A DNA stretch of 64,000 nucleotides from Octopus sinensis (Eukaryota), in the NCBI RefSeq assembly GCF_006345805.1, contig NC_043000.1:7812001-7876000 (forward strand), given 5' to 3'. Shown one piece after another: positions 10,907 through 24,017 of this stretch (position 1 is the stretch's first letter; every line of letters starts with the position of its first letter). The position numbers and the translations under genes are program-made. The notes under the pieces were generated by a model that had not been told where the DNA came from, made no database searches, and worked only from the letters and a program-made list of their open reading frames with translations.

Positions 10907-12969
10907 TATTATACTTTACGTTGTCGAGCGGTTACTGTTTACATCTCGTTCAGAGATTTATTATATATATATATATAGTTATGTATTTAATATGTATGTA
11001 TAGATAGATAGATAGATAGATAGATTAATATATATAGATGGACAGACGGACAGACAGACAGATATAATTACCTGTCAAATAAATATTAGTTTTTGTGTCA
11101 TTAACGCAAAGAAAAAGCAATAGAAAATTATGGAACATAGGATGGGAGTCTTGTGTGACAGGCTGAGGTATTGCTTAGTGGATGATGGAGAATTCTTTGT
11201 GGAGAAATTGTTACTATAAAATATTCTGTTTTCCAGTGGTTGACTGATTTTTTTTTAACTCATAATAATCTGTGTTTATTTTTGGAATATATTTTAGATA
11301 TTGTTGTTTTCTAATTCAAACTGATAAAAATTTTACTTTCTTGCTGTGGGGAATATTTGTTTCTTAAATACATTATAGAAATTTATTTTAAGCATAAAAT
11401 TCTATGAAAATAGATTGTAGTTAGTCTGGGATATATATTCATCTCTATAAATACATTTTGGACATGGATTTCTTTTTTTAAATAGATTATGTTAAAATGG
11501 AAGGGTACTGATCACTTTGTGGGATGTTTAATCATAGGCTTTTTTCATTGGAAGATGATTTAAAGCTAATTTGGAAAATAATTTTAAAAGTAATTTTAAA
11601 ATGTTGTCTGTAATAAATTGTTTTAATATAGTAGTGTTGTGTGCATTTTGTATGACAATGTCTTGTGACCCAAACTGAAGGTCATCTGGTAAGGACTATT
11701 TAACATGGCTGCCCTTCCAGTGTTGAGAAGGTTCTTTCCTTTTGGACATGTCTTGCTTGTGGTGGCAGTTTTATTTGGCTATACTGTTGATTAAAGTCAG
11801 CAAATGTAAGGGGCTGTGTGATTGCTGATTTACTTTGATAAACACTTTACTGTGGGATTACATTAATTGATGTGAATTAGACCTTCTGTCAAGGATATTA
11901 AATACAATCAGTTTAGCAATAAATTGATTAGAAGCACGTTAAACTGTGACAATTGAAATGTAAGCATTTTCTACTGTGAAAACCGCTTAAATGTAAGAAG
12001 GGCAGTTCTTAGTAGGCTATAAACAATTGATTTGATGTCCATAGCTGATGAAGCATAGTGATGGAGAAATGCATGTTCTATGGTCTGATGACATCATTCA
12101 TGTCTCAGTGATGTGTTTTTCATACTCATTATTTATAAGGAAAATTTCTCTCCAGAGACAGGCTTTGCAGTGAAGGTTTTTCAATTTTTGTATGTGAAAT
12201 ACTATTGTACATACCTGTGGTTTGCAATAATAATTTCTTCTAATTGATAATATACAATGGTCAAAAGAAAATATTAATAGGTAACTTTTTAGGTGTGTGA
12301 GTGGGGATAGAATTATTTTGGTACTAAGGGTTAGGGTCTACCAAATATTTTTCTGAATATTTTTATACAACACATTTTTTAGAAACAACATTGAAGATCC
12401 CTAAAAAATTCTTTTAAAATACATTTAAAAAATTATTAAAATGATTCCTTCTTATGCATGATGCCAATGATCAAAAACCTTTGGTAGAAAAGTCTACATG
12501 AATTAAACCCCTGTATAAGCAACAATACAAAGACTAAATATATTTGATTCAATTCTTGAAAATGAGACTGTGAAGGTCTGGAAACCTCAAATATGGATTT
12601 AAGAACTCGACTGTTCCAAGCTAACAAGTTAAATGCTAATTGATAGTGAGAGAAGTAGTATTTGTAGCAAAAAAAAAACAAACAATCTTTAGAACATGGA
12701 ATAAGGTGTTTATTTACCATGAGAAGACCTCTCATGTGGACTCATGGTGCATAAAAGCACTCATATTTATGTTGCTGACAGAGGAGAACTGTGTTATGCA
12801 ACATCAAGTGATCTGGCAGAGGTCCTCTCAATGTAAATAATGCAGTATTCTGTGTTCTAATACGACATCCATGTTAAGTTGGATGTAAAAAATGTCTTTT
12901 GTAAAAAGCTGATAATATAAAAAATGGAAAATAAATGATAAAACTTGAACATAACCATGTATTCAATAC

Positions 12970-13260
12970 ATACATAAGCACATACATACATACATACATA
13001 CATACATACATACATACATACATACATACATACAACCCATATATGCATGTATATATACATATATATGTAGGTATGTACATATATGTATGTATATATGCAT
13101 ATATTTATATATTATCTATATTATTATATGATCAAACGCCACACATCCTTTTCCAAGTAAGTTTTATCTACATACATACATACATACATGCATACATACA
13201 TACATACATACATACATACATACATACATACATACATACATACATACATACATACATACA
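12970..13260. repeat. (TACA)n arrays
   Basis: Direct observation. Confidence 0.9.
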
Positions 13261-14248
13261 AGTCTGTATGTATATACATTAATGTGTTGTAATTGTTAGA
13301 ATTAAAGAATTCATAATTCTTGAAGAATTACTTGAAAATATAGAAAGCTTCTTTACAGCTTATACTTGAATGATATAATAGTATAGAGCAGGTGAGTGAA
13401 TATTAGATTTATGTTATAAACTATACAATATATGATGCAATATGTATATGATGTGTGTATACTTGATGTTTTTGTAAAAAATGTTTAAGGCTAAAATATT
13501 CAGCCCCATGTGACGTATAATAAAACTTGCTTTTTTATTTATTTAAACAACACCACTTTTTATATATAATGCTAAATCAGAAAATATGGGAAATGGATGA
13601 TATAGAATCCACGAAAAAAGAATAAAATATAAATTTCTGGTTGTTGATCACATGATCCCATTAACTTGAGTTTTATTCCCCAAATGTTTTTCACAGCATG
13701 ATGAAGTATGTTTGTGTGCAAACAGTATGTGGTATGCTGTAATATATAGTCAATACATGGATGCACCTTGTCAGATCAATTCCACATTGTTTACATAACA
13801 GAATATATATGTATTGAAATATCTAGTCACAACACACCAGGATGGCCTGTTGATAATTATAATTTGTTCTTTGAACTCTTGGATTATTTTCTGTCTTATA
13901 TTTGATATAGGGAAGATTTCCTGGAATATAATAAAGCATTAAACAACCTATGTGGGGTGACTCAATATTTTGTCTGTCTTTATTTATTGGCATGCATTTT
14001 GCATAACTTCTCAACTGTGTTGTTAAAGACCTCCTTAAAAATATTTATCTCATTGAAATGTCTCTCACATAGGCAAAGTTCTGCTTGGTTAAGATCAAAC
14101 CTGATGTGTAGATGATGTATAGTAGTTGTGGTTATAGATTTTGAAGAACATCTTCAAATATATATTTCCCATGATTCAGAACAACAGTTATTTCGTGTCA
14201 GTTGCCAGGGTCATTGGAAATATTATTGGAAATGTCATTTGGTTCTCA

Positions 14249-14392
14249 CAGTGGTGTAGCTAGAGAATGTGCCACCCAGGTTGGCCCTAGAATTTGTGTC
14301 TTCCTCTATACAGGCTAATATAGAAGGCCCAAAAGTGAGGCCCCCATAAAAGCATTACCTAGGGTGGACGCCATCCTCTAGCTATGCTACCA
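14249..14392. mobile_element. hAT-like MITE
   Basis: CAGTGGTGTAGCTAGAG ... CTCTAGCTATGCTACCA imperfect TIRs; no TSD recognised. Confidence 0.5.
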
Positions 14393-15179
14393 GTCATACA
14401 ATGTGGATAGTGGAAGTTCCACTCCAACAATATGTAGAGGATTAATGGCAAGTAAGAGTAATGACATGCTTGGGGAAGCTCAAGGTTGTTGACTGGGGTC
14501 AAATGGTCTGTATAGGAGAACTTTTGGGCCAAGGGCTACTCTAAATAACTCTCAGAAATCTTTAGCATGGCAGTGCTACTAAAGAGCAATACTAGTTCAT
14601 TATGGAAATTTGTTTCTCTTTAAGTTACACCAATTATTTTCTTGCTGCCTTTGCCTTAAAAGAGATCTGTGTGTATGATTTTCTGTTGACAATTTTCTTA
14701 TAATAGCATTTTTGCAATATAGTGGTATGTCTTTCCTTTTTATTATGGCCACTGTTAGGATCCTATCTTTGTTGCTCCTTCGTATTTTGAAAAAGAATCC
14801 ATAATCAAATTCTAAAGCAACTTACTTTTCTATAGATTTATCATTATGTTCATAGTGATGGGTGATGAAAGAGACCACGGGTGATTCAAAGAGCAATGGA
14901 GACAGTCATGTCACAATAGTTCACAGAAACCACTTCTGCTTCCACAGCAAGCATTGCTGTTACTATAGCAACCAAAAGCATTGATGTCACAGTCAAAATA
15001 ATTTCCTCTACTGTATTGATGTCATGCCAATGACATGCAGATAAGAAAACTTACACTGTTATTTGCAACAACAACAAGAAGTAGACTAAAAAGAAGATTT
15101 TATCTTTTTATACGCACCAAGTCAGTAGATAATGCATTTGCTCTGGGGTAAAGCAAATGCTATCAAAAGCACAAGTGCA

Positions 15180-15600
15180 ACATAATGCACCCTGGGGTGC
15201 TAATATGGCAACTGAGGAGAGTAGCACCTGGAAAGTGACTTTTAGCTATAGATGAGCCAAGTACAGAGATCAAAAGTTGCAGTATCTAATTCCAGCATGA
15301 ATTAAAAAAGGCCTTAGATGTTCTAAGTGTTGACAACAGTTGGAGTTCAAAGTGTAGGTTGCAGACAGTGTTTCAAGTATTGGTTACCCTTTGGTTTGAA
15401 TATGTAATGAGCACTTGAGGATCATTGAGGATTAAAGAGCACCTGTGTTTGTGGGAGCAGATGCAAGTGGTCCAATGTTACATCTGCAGTAAAACTTATT
15501 CCTTTAGAACTTTCTGTTACATGCTTGAGATGATGAAATGTGAGTACCTCTCTTTCGCTCTCTGCTGCTGCAGTTGACACCTTGACTACTGTCATTACAT
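15180..15600 (+). pseudogene. degraded gag-like/ORF1 remnant with zinc knuckle
   Basis: EHLCLWEQMQVVQCYICSK; similar to EEHLRIV...HICYICK at 16460-16590. Confidence 0.35.
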
Positions 15601-15626
15601 CTGCAGTGACAAACACAGCAGTGGCA

Positions 15627-15960
15627 GTGGAGGCGCAATGGCCTAATGGTTAGGGCAGCGGACTTGCGTTCGGAGGATCGCAGTTTCGATTCCCAGACCG
15701 GGTGTTGTGTGTGTTTATTGAGCGAAAACACCTAAAGCTCCACGAGGCTCCGGCAGGGGGTGGTGGCGACCCCTGTTGTACTCTTTCACTCCAACTTTCT
15801 CTCACTCTTTCTTCTTGTTTCTTGTCCCCGACTTCCTACGCAACCGCTGAGCCAGGATGCGCATTCATCCATCCGTCGATGCTCTCGGTGTCGTGGGTTG
15901 ACCTGCTTTCTCCTCTGTGGGTCTTACGAATAGCAAAGGACCATGTTTTGGACTTCTAGG
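15627..15960 (+). mobile_element. tRNA(Arg)-like-head SINE, 3' module 2
   Basis: GGCCTAATGGTTAGGGC A-box and GTTTCGATTCCC B-box; shares head and body with the 2652 copy, different 3' part. Confidence 0.8.
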
Positions 15961-15999
15961 ATGAAGACCACTTCACTCAACAAACAAACAAACAAACAA

Positions 16000-17110
16000 C
16001 AGCAGCAATAGTAGTACAGCAAGCACAACAATGATGACAAAAAAAAAAAAACAGCTTCTACTACAGACATATGACAAACAGATTCATGTAAAAGAGTCCC
16101 TACCAAAAGCGAAAATAAGAAGAAAGATCAACTGACACAATTGGGAAACATTTGTCTTACTTGAATGGGAAAGTTGGATAGATAATAAGAGGGAGACAGC
16201 AAGGGATAATGGTAGTCGTTTGAAACAGAGAGCAAGAAGCCTAAATAATGTCTCAAGAATTTGTAATGATTCAATACGGGATGATGGGTGACTCAAAATC
16301 ACAGTCAGCAACGTGCCACCCAAAGCTGACAAAACCACAGTGACAGCAAGGGTGAGGGAGCGCAGAGAATGTTAAGATCTGATCCCAACCTCCTGCAGAG
16401 CCAATTGGAAATATTAATAGATTTCTAAGTATTGGCTGTTGTCAGATATGTATTGGGAGGGAAGAGCACTTGAGGATCGTTCATGTAATCTTGAGTATTT
16501 CTGTCAAGGACTATCTGCATCTGAGAAAGCAGGTGCTGGCAGTCCTTGGCAGCAAGAAACACATCTGTTACATTTGCAAGTAAAATACAACCCCTTCTAT
16601 GGAAAGAGAAGCACTATTGCAGTGGAAAGAGAAGCACTATTGCAGTGGAAAGAGAAGCACTATTGCAGTGGAAAGAGAAGCACTATTGAGGCGGAAAGAG
16701 AAGCACTATTGCAGCGGAAAGAGAAGCACTATTGCAGTGGAAAGAGAAGCACTATTGCAGTGGAAAGAGAAGCACTATTGCAGTGGCATTCACAGTGACA
16801 GCCATGACAATAATAATAACAATAACTGCTCTACTACAAATATACCAAAAAGGTTCAAGGAGAATTGTCCCTTCCAAAAGCAAAAAATAAGAAGAAATAC
16901 TAGAAAACACTAACATAACTGAAAAACTCTTCACTTAGTCGAAAGAGAAAGTCGACAAAGAAAAGAAATTGTTTGAAAATTGCAGAGTGAAAGAGGCTCA
17001 AACAATGAAAAAGAAGGATAAGAAAGAAACCTATGATTTAATCGCCCAAATCCCAAAATTTGTTAATGCTAAGACTGAGAAAGAAAGGATACCAAACATA
17101 CAATCCAGCC
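16000..17110 (+). pseudogene. degraded gag-like/ORF1 remnant containing a minisatellite
   Basis: CYICK knuckle followed by Lys/Glu-rich degraded coding-like sequence. Confidence 0.3.
16601..16784. repeat. 23-bp minisatellite, 8 copies (GGAAAGAGAAGCACTATTGCAGT)
   Basis: Units start at 16601, 16624, 16647, 16670, 16693, 16716, 16739, 16762. Confidence 0.95.
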
Positions 17111-18237
17111 AAAGGTAACACCATTTCTGCTCAGATGAAATCTCAATTACACCTCCACTTCAGCTGCAGCTACTAATTCTTTCATTACCCCTTCTATCTC
17201 AAGCACCCTTACCACTGGTGTCATCACCTCTACTAAATCCATTTCTTCTCCTAAGCCACTATTATTGCCATTATGAATTCCTTCATTCTCTATTACCTGC
17301 ACTTAAGTCACTCCAGTGAAACTTTTTATTAAATAACTGAATTATGGAGTATTACAGATTTATCTAAGACAATAATACATGTAAAACTGCATGAGCACAT
17401 GCACGTTTATGCACTGATATATTTTTGCTTCAAGTTGAAGCAAATTTTTGAAACTTACCATTTATAAAGTTTCAGAATAATTTTTGTCTGTCGTATTTTT
17501 AAAAGTGGAAGAGATCAAAAGAGCAAAGATGTGCCATGAAGTTGAAAATGGATACGATTGCTAATTTTGTCTTTTGTCTCTTGTATTTGAGTTTGTAGAT
17601 ACGACAAGCGAAGGAGAAGATGAAGAAAAAGAAGGAAGAAAATAATAGCATCTTCTTTTATTAAGATACGATGTCTATCTGGTTTTTTTCAAATGTGTTT
17701 TTCCTGAGATTTATTTATAGTTTGATGTGAAAGAAAGAGAATAAAATGAGTTGCACTGAAAGACTGTATAAAGACAGGACAAACGAGAATAAAAAAGTTC
17801 CACATCCTGATCACAATCACGTTGTCATCATCATCATCACCATCACCACCACCACCATCATCATCATGATTATCATCATCATCACCATCATCATCACCAT
17901 CACCATCACCATCATCATCATCCTCATAGATGTTGTCATTTCAACGTCCACTTTTTCCTTACATGAAATTCATTGAGATAAATTTTCTGCAAACAGATGA
18001 CCCTACTGTTTGCCAACCCCTCTGCTGTTACCGAGTAAGGTAATACTTCTCCCTAAGTCTTTCAAACATGAATGTTCTGATATTTTTCTTATTTTTTTTT
18101 CTTGCACTTGTTAGACTATCATCAGTTACGGATTAAAAATCATATTTCATCAGACTTCTTGATTTAAGTTCTTTTGTTTCTAACTGGCCTAACAATGTTC
18201 CTTTGAACTTCTCACTTAGTTGAATACATACATACAT

Positions 18238-18325
18238 TCATCACCACCACCACCACCACCACCACCACCACCACCACCACCACCACCGCCCACCACCACC
18301 ACCACCACCACCACCACCACTACCA

Positions 18326-18386
<61 letters not shown>

Positions 18387-18392
18387 GTCATC
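18238..18392. repeat. (CAC)n(CAT)n array
   Basis: Direct observation. Confidence 0.9.
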
Positions 18393-18560
18393 ACCATTTA
18401 ATGCCCATTTTCCATGCTCGCATGGGTTGCATGGTTTGACTGGAGCTAGTAAACTGGGAAACTGCACCAGGTTCCAGTCTGATTTGGCTTGGTTTCTACA
18501 GCTGGGTGTCCTTCCTGACTGCAACCACTTTACAGTTTATTCCGAGTGCTTCTAGTGTGC
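18385..18560 (-). mobile_element. RTE-tail element, diverged
   Basis: Reverse complement of the 40700-40877 tail. Confidence 0.65.
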
Positions 18561-18721
18561 CACTAGTTTGAGTACTCTCGTGTGGCAACAGCATAGGACA
18601 CTTGCAGGCCAATCCTCTTCACCAGACGATGCAGCTCTAACACAGTGGTGGGGATGGGACATGTTGCACAGGACAAGGGCTTCTTTTAGTTTTCATGTAC
18701 AAAATCCATCTAGAAGGCTTC

Positions 18722-18942
18722 TTATTTATTTATTGCCCACAAGGGGCTAAACGTAGAGGAGACAAACAAGGACAGACAAAGGAATTAAGTCGATTACATG
18801 ACCCCAGTGTATAACTGGTACTTAATTTATCAACCCCGAAAAGATGAAAGGCAAAGTCAACCTCGGCGGAATTTGAACTCAGGATGTAACGGCAGATGAA
18901 ATATCACTAAGCATTTCGCCCGGCGTGCTAACGTTTCTGCCT
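18722..18942 (-). mobile_element. SINE family B
   Basis: Near-complete copy matching 28330-28562. Confidence 0.85.
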
Positions 18943-19139
18943 GAGGCTGTGATAGAAGACACTAGCCCAAACTGCTGATCAGTGAGACTGAACCTAGAGT
19001 GACGGTGTTTTGAAGCACACTTAATCACACAGACATAGGTTAGTATCCAGAAGATAAAATGTTATGTTGACTTCAGCAAGATTTTGAACTCAGAGTGAAG
19101 CGATACAGAACACAGAGGTACTGTGAGACATTCTGGCTA

Positions 19140-19482
19140 ATGTGGAGACCCCACCTTCGGTCATGACTGACCGTGGGATTGCACCTAGAGAGTTACCCTC
19201 CCAGGTACAAGTCTGGGCAAGGTTGTTTATGGAAGACCAGCAGTCGCCCATGCATACCAGCCTCCCCTCTCCATGCCACCAGTGTTATCCAAGGGAAAGG
19301 CAAAGACCGATACAGCTTGGCACCAATGACGTCGCAACTCATTTCTACAGCTGAGTGAACCGGTGCAACATGAAATAAAGTGTCTTGTCCAAGAACACAA
19401 CATGCAGTCCGGTCTGGGATTCGAACTCACAACCTCACGACCGTCAGCTCGAAGCTCTAACCATTGAGCCATGCACCTTCTG
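19140..19482 (-). mobile_element. tRNA/CORE-type SINE, family D
   Basis: GTTCGAATCCC B-box on the minus strand and TTGGACAAGACAC core-like motif; 3' part recurs at 33520-33690. Confidence 0.75.
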
Positions 19483-20321
19483 GCTAATACTCTATCAAAA
19501 TAAGATGCACAAACCAGAGTTATGTCATTATTAGTGCTATCACAGAAAACACTATATGTCATAAGTAGTTCGATCATAAGTCATACAGAATGTCATAATT
19601 AATGCAGTCATGACAGAATTAAATCAATGACAAAGAATGTATGTTGTAATTAGCGCTTACACAAGACATGATTCATGTCTGGATTAGTACAATCAGAAGA
19701 CATATTGTAAGTTATAATTATTGCTATCACAAAGGCGGCAAGCTGGTAGAATTGTTAGCATGATGGGTAAAATGCTTTGTATAAAGAAAACATAATTATT
19801 GCTATCATAAGACATACTGCATGTCATAATTAGTGTTATCATAAGGCAGGTGTTATAGATGTTGTAGCACCTGGTCTCAAACATATATTTTAATTCTATA
19901 TTAATATATTAATGGGGGCTGGAGACGAGACACATGTCTATGGTGAAGCGTGCAGGCTTGAAAGCATGTATATAATGTCAATATATATATATGTTGAAAA
20001 TATCTATATCTATATATCTATATATATATGTCTATATCTATATCTATATATACATACATACTAATAAAGGGTAAAATTGATTAATTAATTAATAATTTTA
20101 CCAAGTGGTTCGGTATGTTAAAAGAACCATTATCGTGAATTGTTGAGTATTGCTATCTGGGAGATTTTCTTATAGTAGTGAAATAGTTTGTTTTAAATGG
20201 TATTTCTAAATTTCGGTATGTGGTGAAGCAAATTTTTGCTGAACCCTAATTATAATTATACTCATAGTTATAAAATTTTATACATACATACAATATATAT
20301 ATATATATAATATATATATAC

Positions 20322-20432
<111 letters not shown>

Positions 20433-20464
20433 TAAATTAGAGATAATTTTTAACTTTTATATTT

Positions 20465-20635
20465 TAAAATTAATTTTATGTATTGGCTTATGTTTTTCAC
20501 TGTTTGATTTGCCTAATAGTGGTTTTATCTCTAATTTAATATAATATAATATATTTATACTATAAAATTGGATTTAATCCTAAATCTAATTTTTCCCTGT
20601 AAGTTTGGATTTATTCCCTAATATTATTATTATTA
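20465..20635. mobile_element. AT-rich TA-flanked repeat, near-identical to 62046-62215
   Basis: About 170 bp with only ~3 visible differences between copies. Confidence 0.8.
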
Positions 20636-20639
20636 ATAT

Positions 20640-20820
20640 ATATATCATCATCATCGTTTAGCGTCCGTTTTCCATGCTAGCATGGGTTGGACGGTTCTAC
20701 TGGGGTCTGTGAAGCCAGAAGGCTTCATCAGGCCCAGTCAAATCTGGCAGTGTTTCTACGGCTGGATGCCCTTCCTAACGCCAACCACTCCGTGAGTGTA
20801 GTGGGTGCTTTTTACGTGCA
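20640..20820 (-). mobile_element. RTE-tail element
   Basis: Reverse complement of the LINE tail ending in (GAT)n. Confidence 0.85.
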
Positions 20821-20991
20821 CATATATATATGCACATATATAAATATAAATGTTTATTGTGTTCAAAATGATTAAGGCAGTGTACACACACAGATACACA
20901 CATATGTTGGTGTGTATGTGTGTGTGTGTGTCTGTCAACATTTCTTGTTTTATGTTGGGACAATTTGGAAATATATACTTTATATATACAT

Positions 20992-21192
20992 TCTTTTATT
21001 CCTTTACTTGTTTCAGTCATTTGCCTATGGCCATGCTGGAGCACTGACTTTTAGTTGAAGAAATTGACCTCTGGACTTATTCTTTGTAAGCCTGGGGCTT
21101 ATTCTATGGTCTCTTCTGCTGAACTGCTAAGTTAGGGGAATGTAAACACACCAGCATCAGTTGTCAAGTGATGGTGGTGGGGACAAACACAA

Positions 21193-21231
<39 letters not shown>

Positions 21232-21396
21232 TATATACGACAGGCTTCTTTCAGTTTCTATCTACCAAATTCACTTATAAGGCTTTGGTTGACCCAAGGC
21301 TATAGTAGAAGACACTTGCCCAAGATGCCCCACAGCAGGACTGAACCTGGAACCATGTAATTGGGAAGCAAGCTTCTTACCACACAGCCACGCATA
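20992..21396 (-). mobile_element. SINE family A
   Basis: Full head-to-tail copy. Confidence 0.85.
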
Positions 21397-21477
21397 CATA
21401 TATGCATACATATGTAACATGTCAATTTATATATACACTGTCATGCACACACATAAACATATGGATAAAAATGTGTA

Positions 21478-21882
21478 TTCTTTTACTTGTTTCAGTCATT
21501 TGACTGTGGCCAAGCTGGAGCACCACCTTTAGTCGAGCATATCGACCCCAGGACTTATTCTTTTGTTAACCTAGTACTTATTCTATTTGTCTCTTTTGCC
21601 AAACCGCTAAGTTATGCAGACGTAAATGCACCAGCATCAGTTGTCAAGTGATGTTGGGCATGACAAACACAGACACACAAACATATACGCACACATCCAT
21701 ACACACACATATAAATATATATATATGACAGGCTTCTTTCAGTTTCCATCGACGAAATCTCACAAGACTTTGGTTGGCTCGAGGCTATAGTAGAAGACAC
21801 TTGCCCAAGGTGCCACACAATAAAACTGAACCTGGAACCATGTGGTTGGTAAGCAAGCTACTTACCACACAGCCACTCCTGT
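21478..21882 (-). mobile_element. SINE family A
   Basis: Full head-to-tail copy. Confidence 0.85.
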
Positions 21883-21965
21883 ATATATATATATGCGTGT
21901 ATATATGTGTATATATATGTGTGTATATATGTGTGTATATATATGTGTATATATATATATATATA

Positions 21966-22008
<43 letters not shown>

Positions 22009-22375
22009 GTATATATATATGTGTGTGTGTGTGTGTTTGTGTATATGTTTGCATCTACTTTAATATATGTACAGAAATTTTTTATAAAAGCACATACACA
22101 CACACGGATACACACACATGCATTTATCACTGTTTAACGCACACAGACACATGTTTCTGCTCACACGTAGATAGATGTATGCAGATATGAGTATGTGTAC
22201 ACACAGCTCAAATTCCCTCCCACATCATCGATAAGTGATGGTTTTGAGTTAAATAATAGATATCGCCAAGTATTACTCATTATATCTAAATCCAATTAGT
22301 AAAACCTTCTTGGTGACATTGCTGTTGCTAAGTTAGCTATACAAAATGTCCTGGCAACCAAGCAACATAATATTG

Positions 22376-22389
22376 GTTGCCATGGAAAC
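22376..22389. promoter_or_regulatory. candidate RFX X-box (GTTGCCATGGAAAC)
   Basis: Canonical X-box in non-repeat DNA with nearby half-sites; function untested. Confidence 0.35.
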
Positions 22390-22638
22390 TGAAACAGAGC
22401 TTCTGTCCTAGGAATGACAATGATAATTTTTCAGAATATTTTTTTTTTCCCATTTTCTCTTTTCTTCTGCATTTATCCTCCATTTTTATCTTTTCACCAG
22501 AATCAGGAGGAATTTTTCGGCAATGCTTACTTGGCACAAATTTCATTTTCTTAAAAATCCAAAAGGATTTTTATAGCTGATTCTCAGTTTTCCCGTTTAT
22601 CTATCTTTGTGTAAAACTACATGTGTAACACATCTTTT

Positions 22639-22639
<1 letters not shown>

Positions 22640-22682
<43 letters not shown>

Positions 22683-22749
22683 ATGCATGTGTATATGTAT
22701 GTATGTTTGTGTGTGCATGTGTGTGTATGTGTGTGTATGTGCATCTGTA

Positions 22750-22795
<46 letters not shown>

Positions 22796-22925
22796 GATAG
22801 ATAAATAGATATAGATATATACACACATAAGCACACATGCACACACACACACATAAGTATATATATATACACATACACACATAAATATACACAAAAGTAT
22901 ATATATATATATATATATATACACA
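22640..22925. repeat. (GT)/(TA)/(CA) compound microsatellite
   Basis: Direct observation. Confidence 0.9.
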
Positions 22926-23354
22926 GTTCTATTTCATATATATATACATATATGTAGGTAAATATATTTATGGTACCTTTTTGTATCTGAAATCAGAATT
23001 TTTGTTGATGTAATATATATGTGTATATATGTGCATACACACACACACATGCACACATACACATATGTGCATGTGTGTGTGTGTGTGTGTATGTGTGTGT
23101 GTGTATGTGTGTGTGTGTGTGTATGTGTGTGTGTGTGTTTAAATAATGTAACTTGAAGCAATTGCAAACAAAATAAGTGCATGTAAAATCCTGTGTAACA
23201 GGTTGGCGTATCATCGGATATTATCAAACATTTTCCTGCAGGAAAAAGTCCGAGAAAGATATTCTCCACCTACACTTGTGTAAATACACATTTTATTTTG
23301 GGCTGTGAGTGACATCACTGGATTGTAAGATGTATAGGTAAATGATGCAGAAAT

Positions 23355-23970
23355 GAGTATCCTGACTGTGTAGTAAGAAGATTGCTTGCCAACCATATGG
23401 TGCTGGGTTCAGTTCCACTTTGTGGCATCTTGGGCACATGTTTTCTACTATAGCCCTGAGCTAACCAAAGCTTAGTGAGTGGACTTGGTAGTCAGAAACT
23501 GAAAGAAGCCTGTTGTACATACATATTGTTGTAATTTGGGATGGTCATTTTTTTTTGACAAATTTATATATTTTTTCATCACTCGTTTATTACTGTTTTT
23601 ATTTTATTACTTCAACTCATGTCCATTGTCCAGAAATCTTTTGTCACACATCTAGGACCTCTTCAGCAACACTTTTCATTTTCTTGTGTGGTCTTGCTCC
23701 ACTTGCTCCATTCATAGATATATTCCTAGATTCCTATATATATGTGTGTGTGTGTGTGAGTGTGTCTTTTTTGTGTTTGTGTTTGTCCCCCACCACCACT
23801 TGATAACATGTATTGGTTCGTTTATGTCCTCATAATTTAGTGGGTCAGTAAAACGAGACCACTACAATAAGTACCAGACTTTAAAAAAAAGTCCTGAGAC
23901 TTATTTGCTCAACTAAATCCTTCAAAGCAGTGCCCCAACATGGCCACAGTCACATGACTGAAACAAGTAA
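23355..23970 (+). mobile_element. SINE family A split by a ~215-bp insertion (about 23515-23730)
   Basis: 5' half ends at GAAGCCTGTTGTA; 3' half resumes at the TA/TG array. Confidence 0.8.
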
Positions 23971-23974
23971 AGGA

Positions 23975-24017
<43 letters not shown>

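Noticed and set aside
12045-12090. Box C/D snoRNA (TGATGA ... CTGA)
   Set aside because: The boxes are only about 33 nt apart and no consistent C, D', C', D order with a terminal stem was found.
13980-14040. hAT-like peptide remnants (MHFA*LLNCVVKDL; also APGIVKNEFVHCLF at about 42725)
   Set aside because: Too short and degraded to call without a profile search.
15900-15935. HDV-like ribozyme resemblance (GACC/GGUC, UGCU/AGCA, UCCUC, C-GAA) in SINE module 2
   Set aside because: P1 is only 4-5 bp, P3 pairs poorly, and there is no P1.1 GG or P4; it would need a consensus and motif search to revive.
16601-16784. CRISPR-like array (also 40135-40592)
   Set aside because: Head-to-tail repeats with no unique spacers, in a eukaryotic context without cas genes.
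17601-17666. Possible terminal exon (DTTSEGEDEEKEGRK* or IRQAKEKMKKK...)
   Set aside because: Low-complexity purine run with two equally plausible frames and no upstream partner.
19935-19975. TGGTGAAGC...GCTTGAAA hammerhead-like string (similar one at 20220-20250)
   Set aside because: No CUGANGA core and no stem III or UH triplet can be placed.
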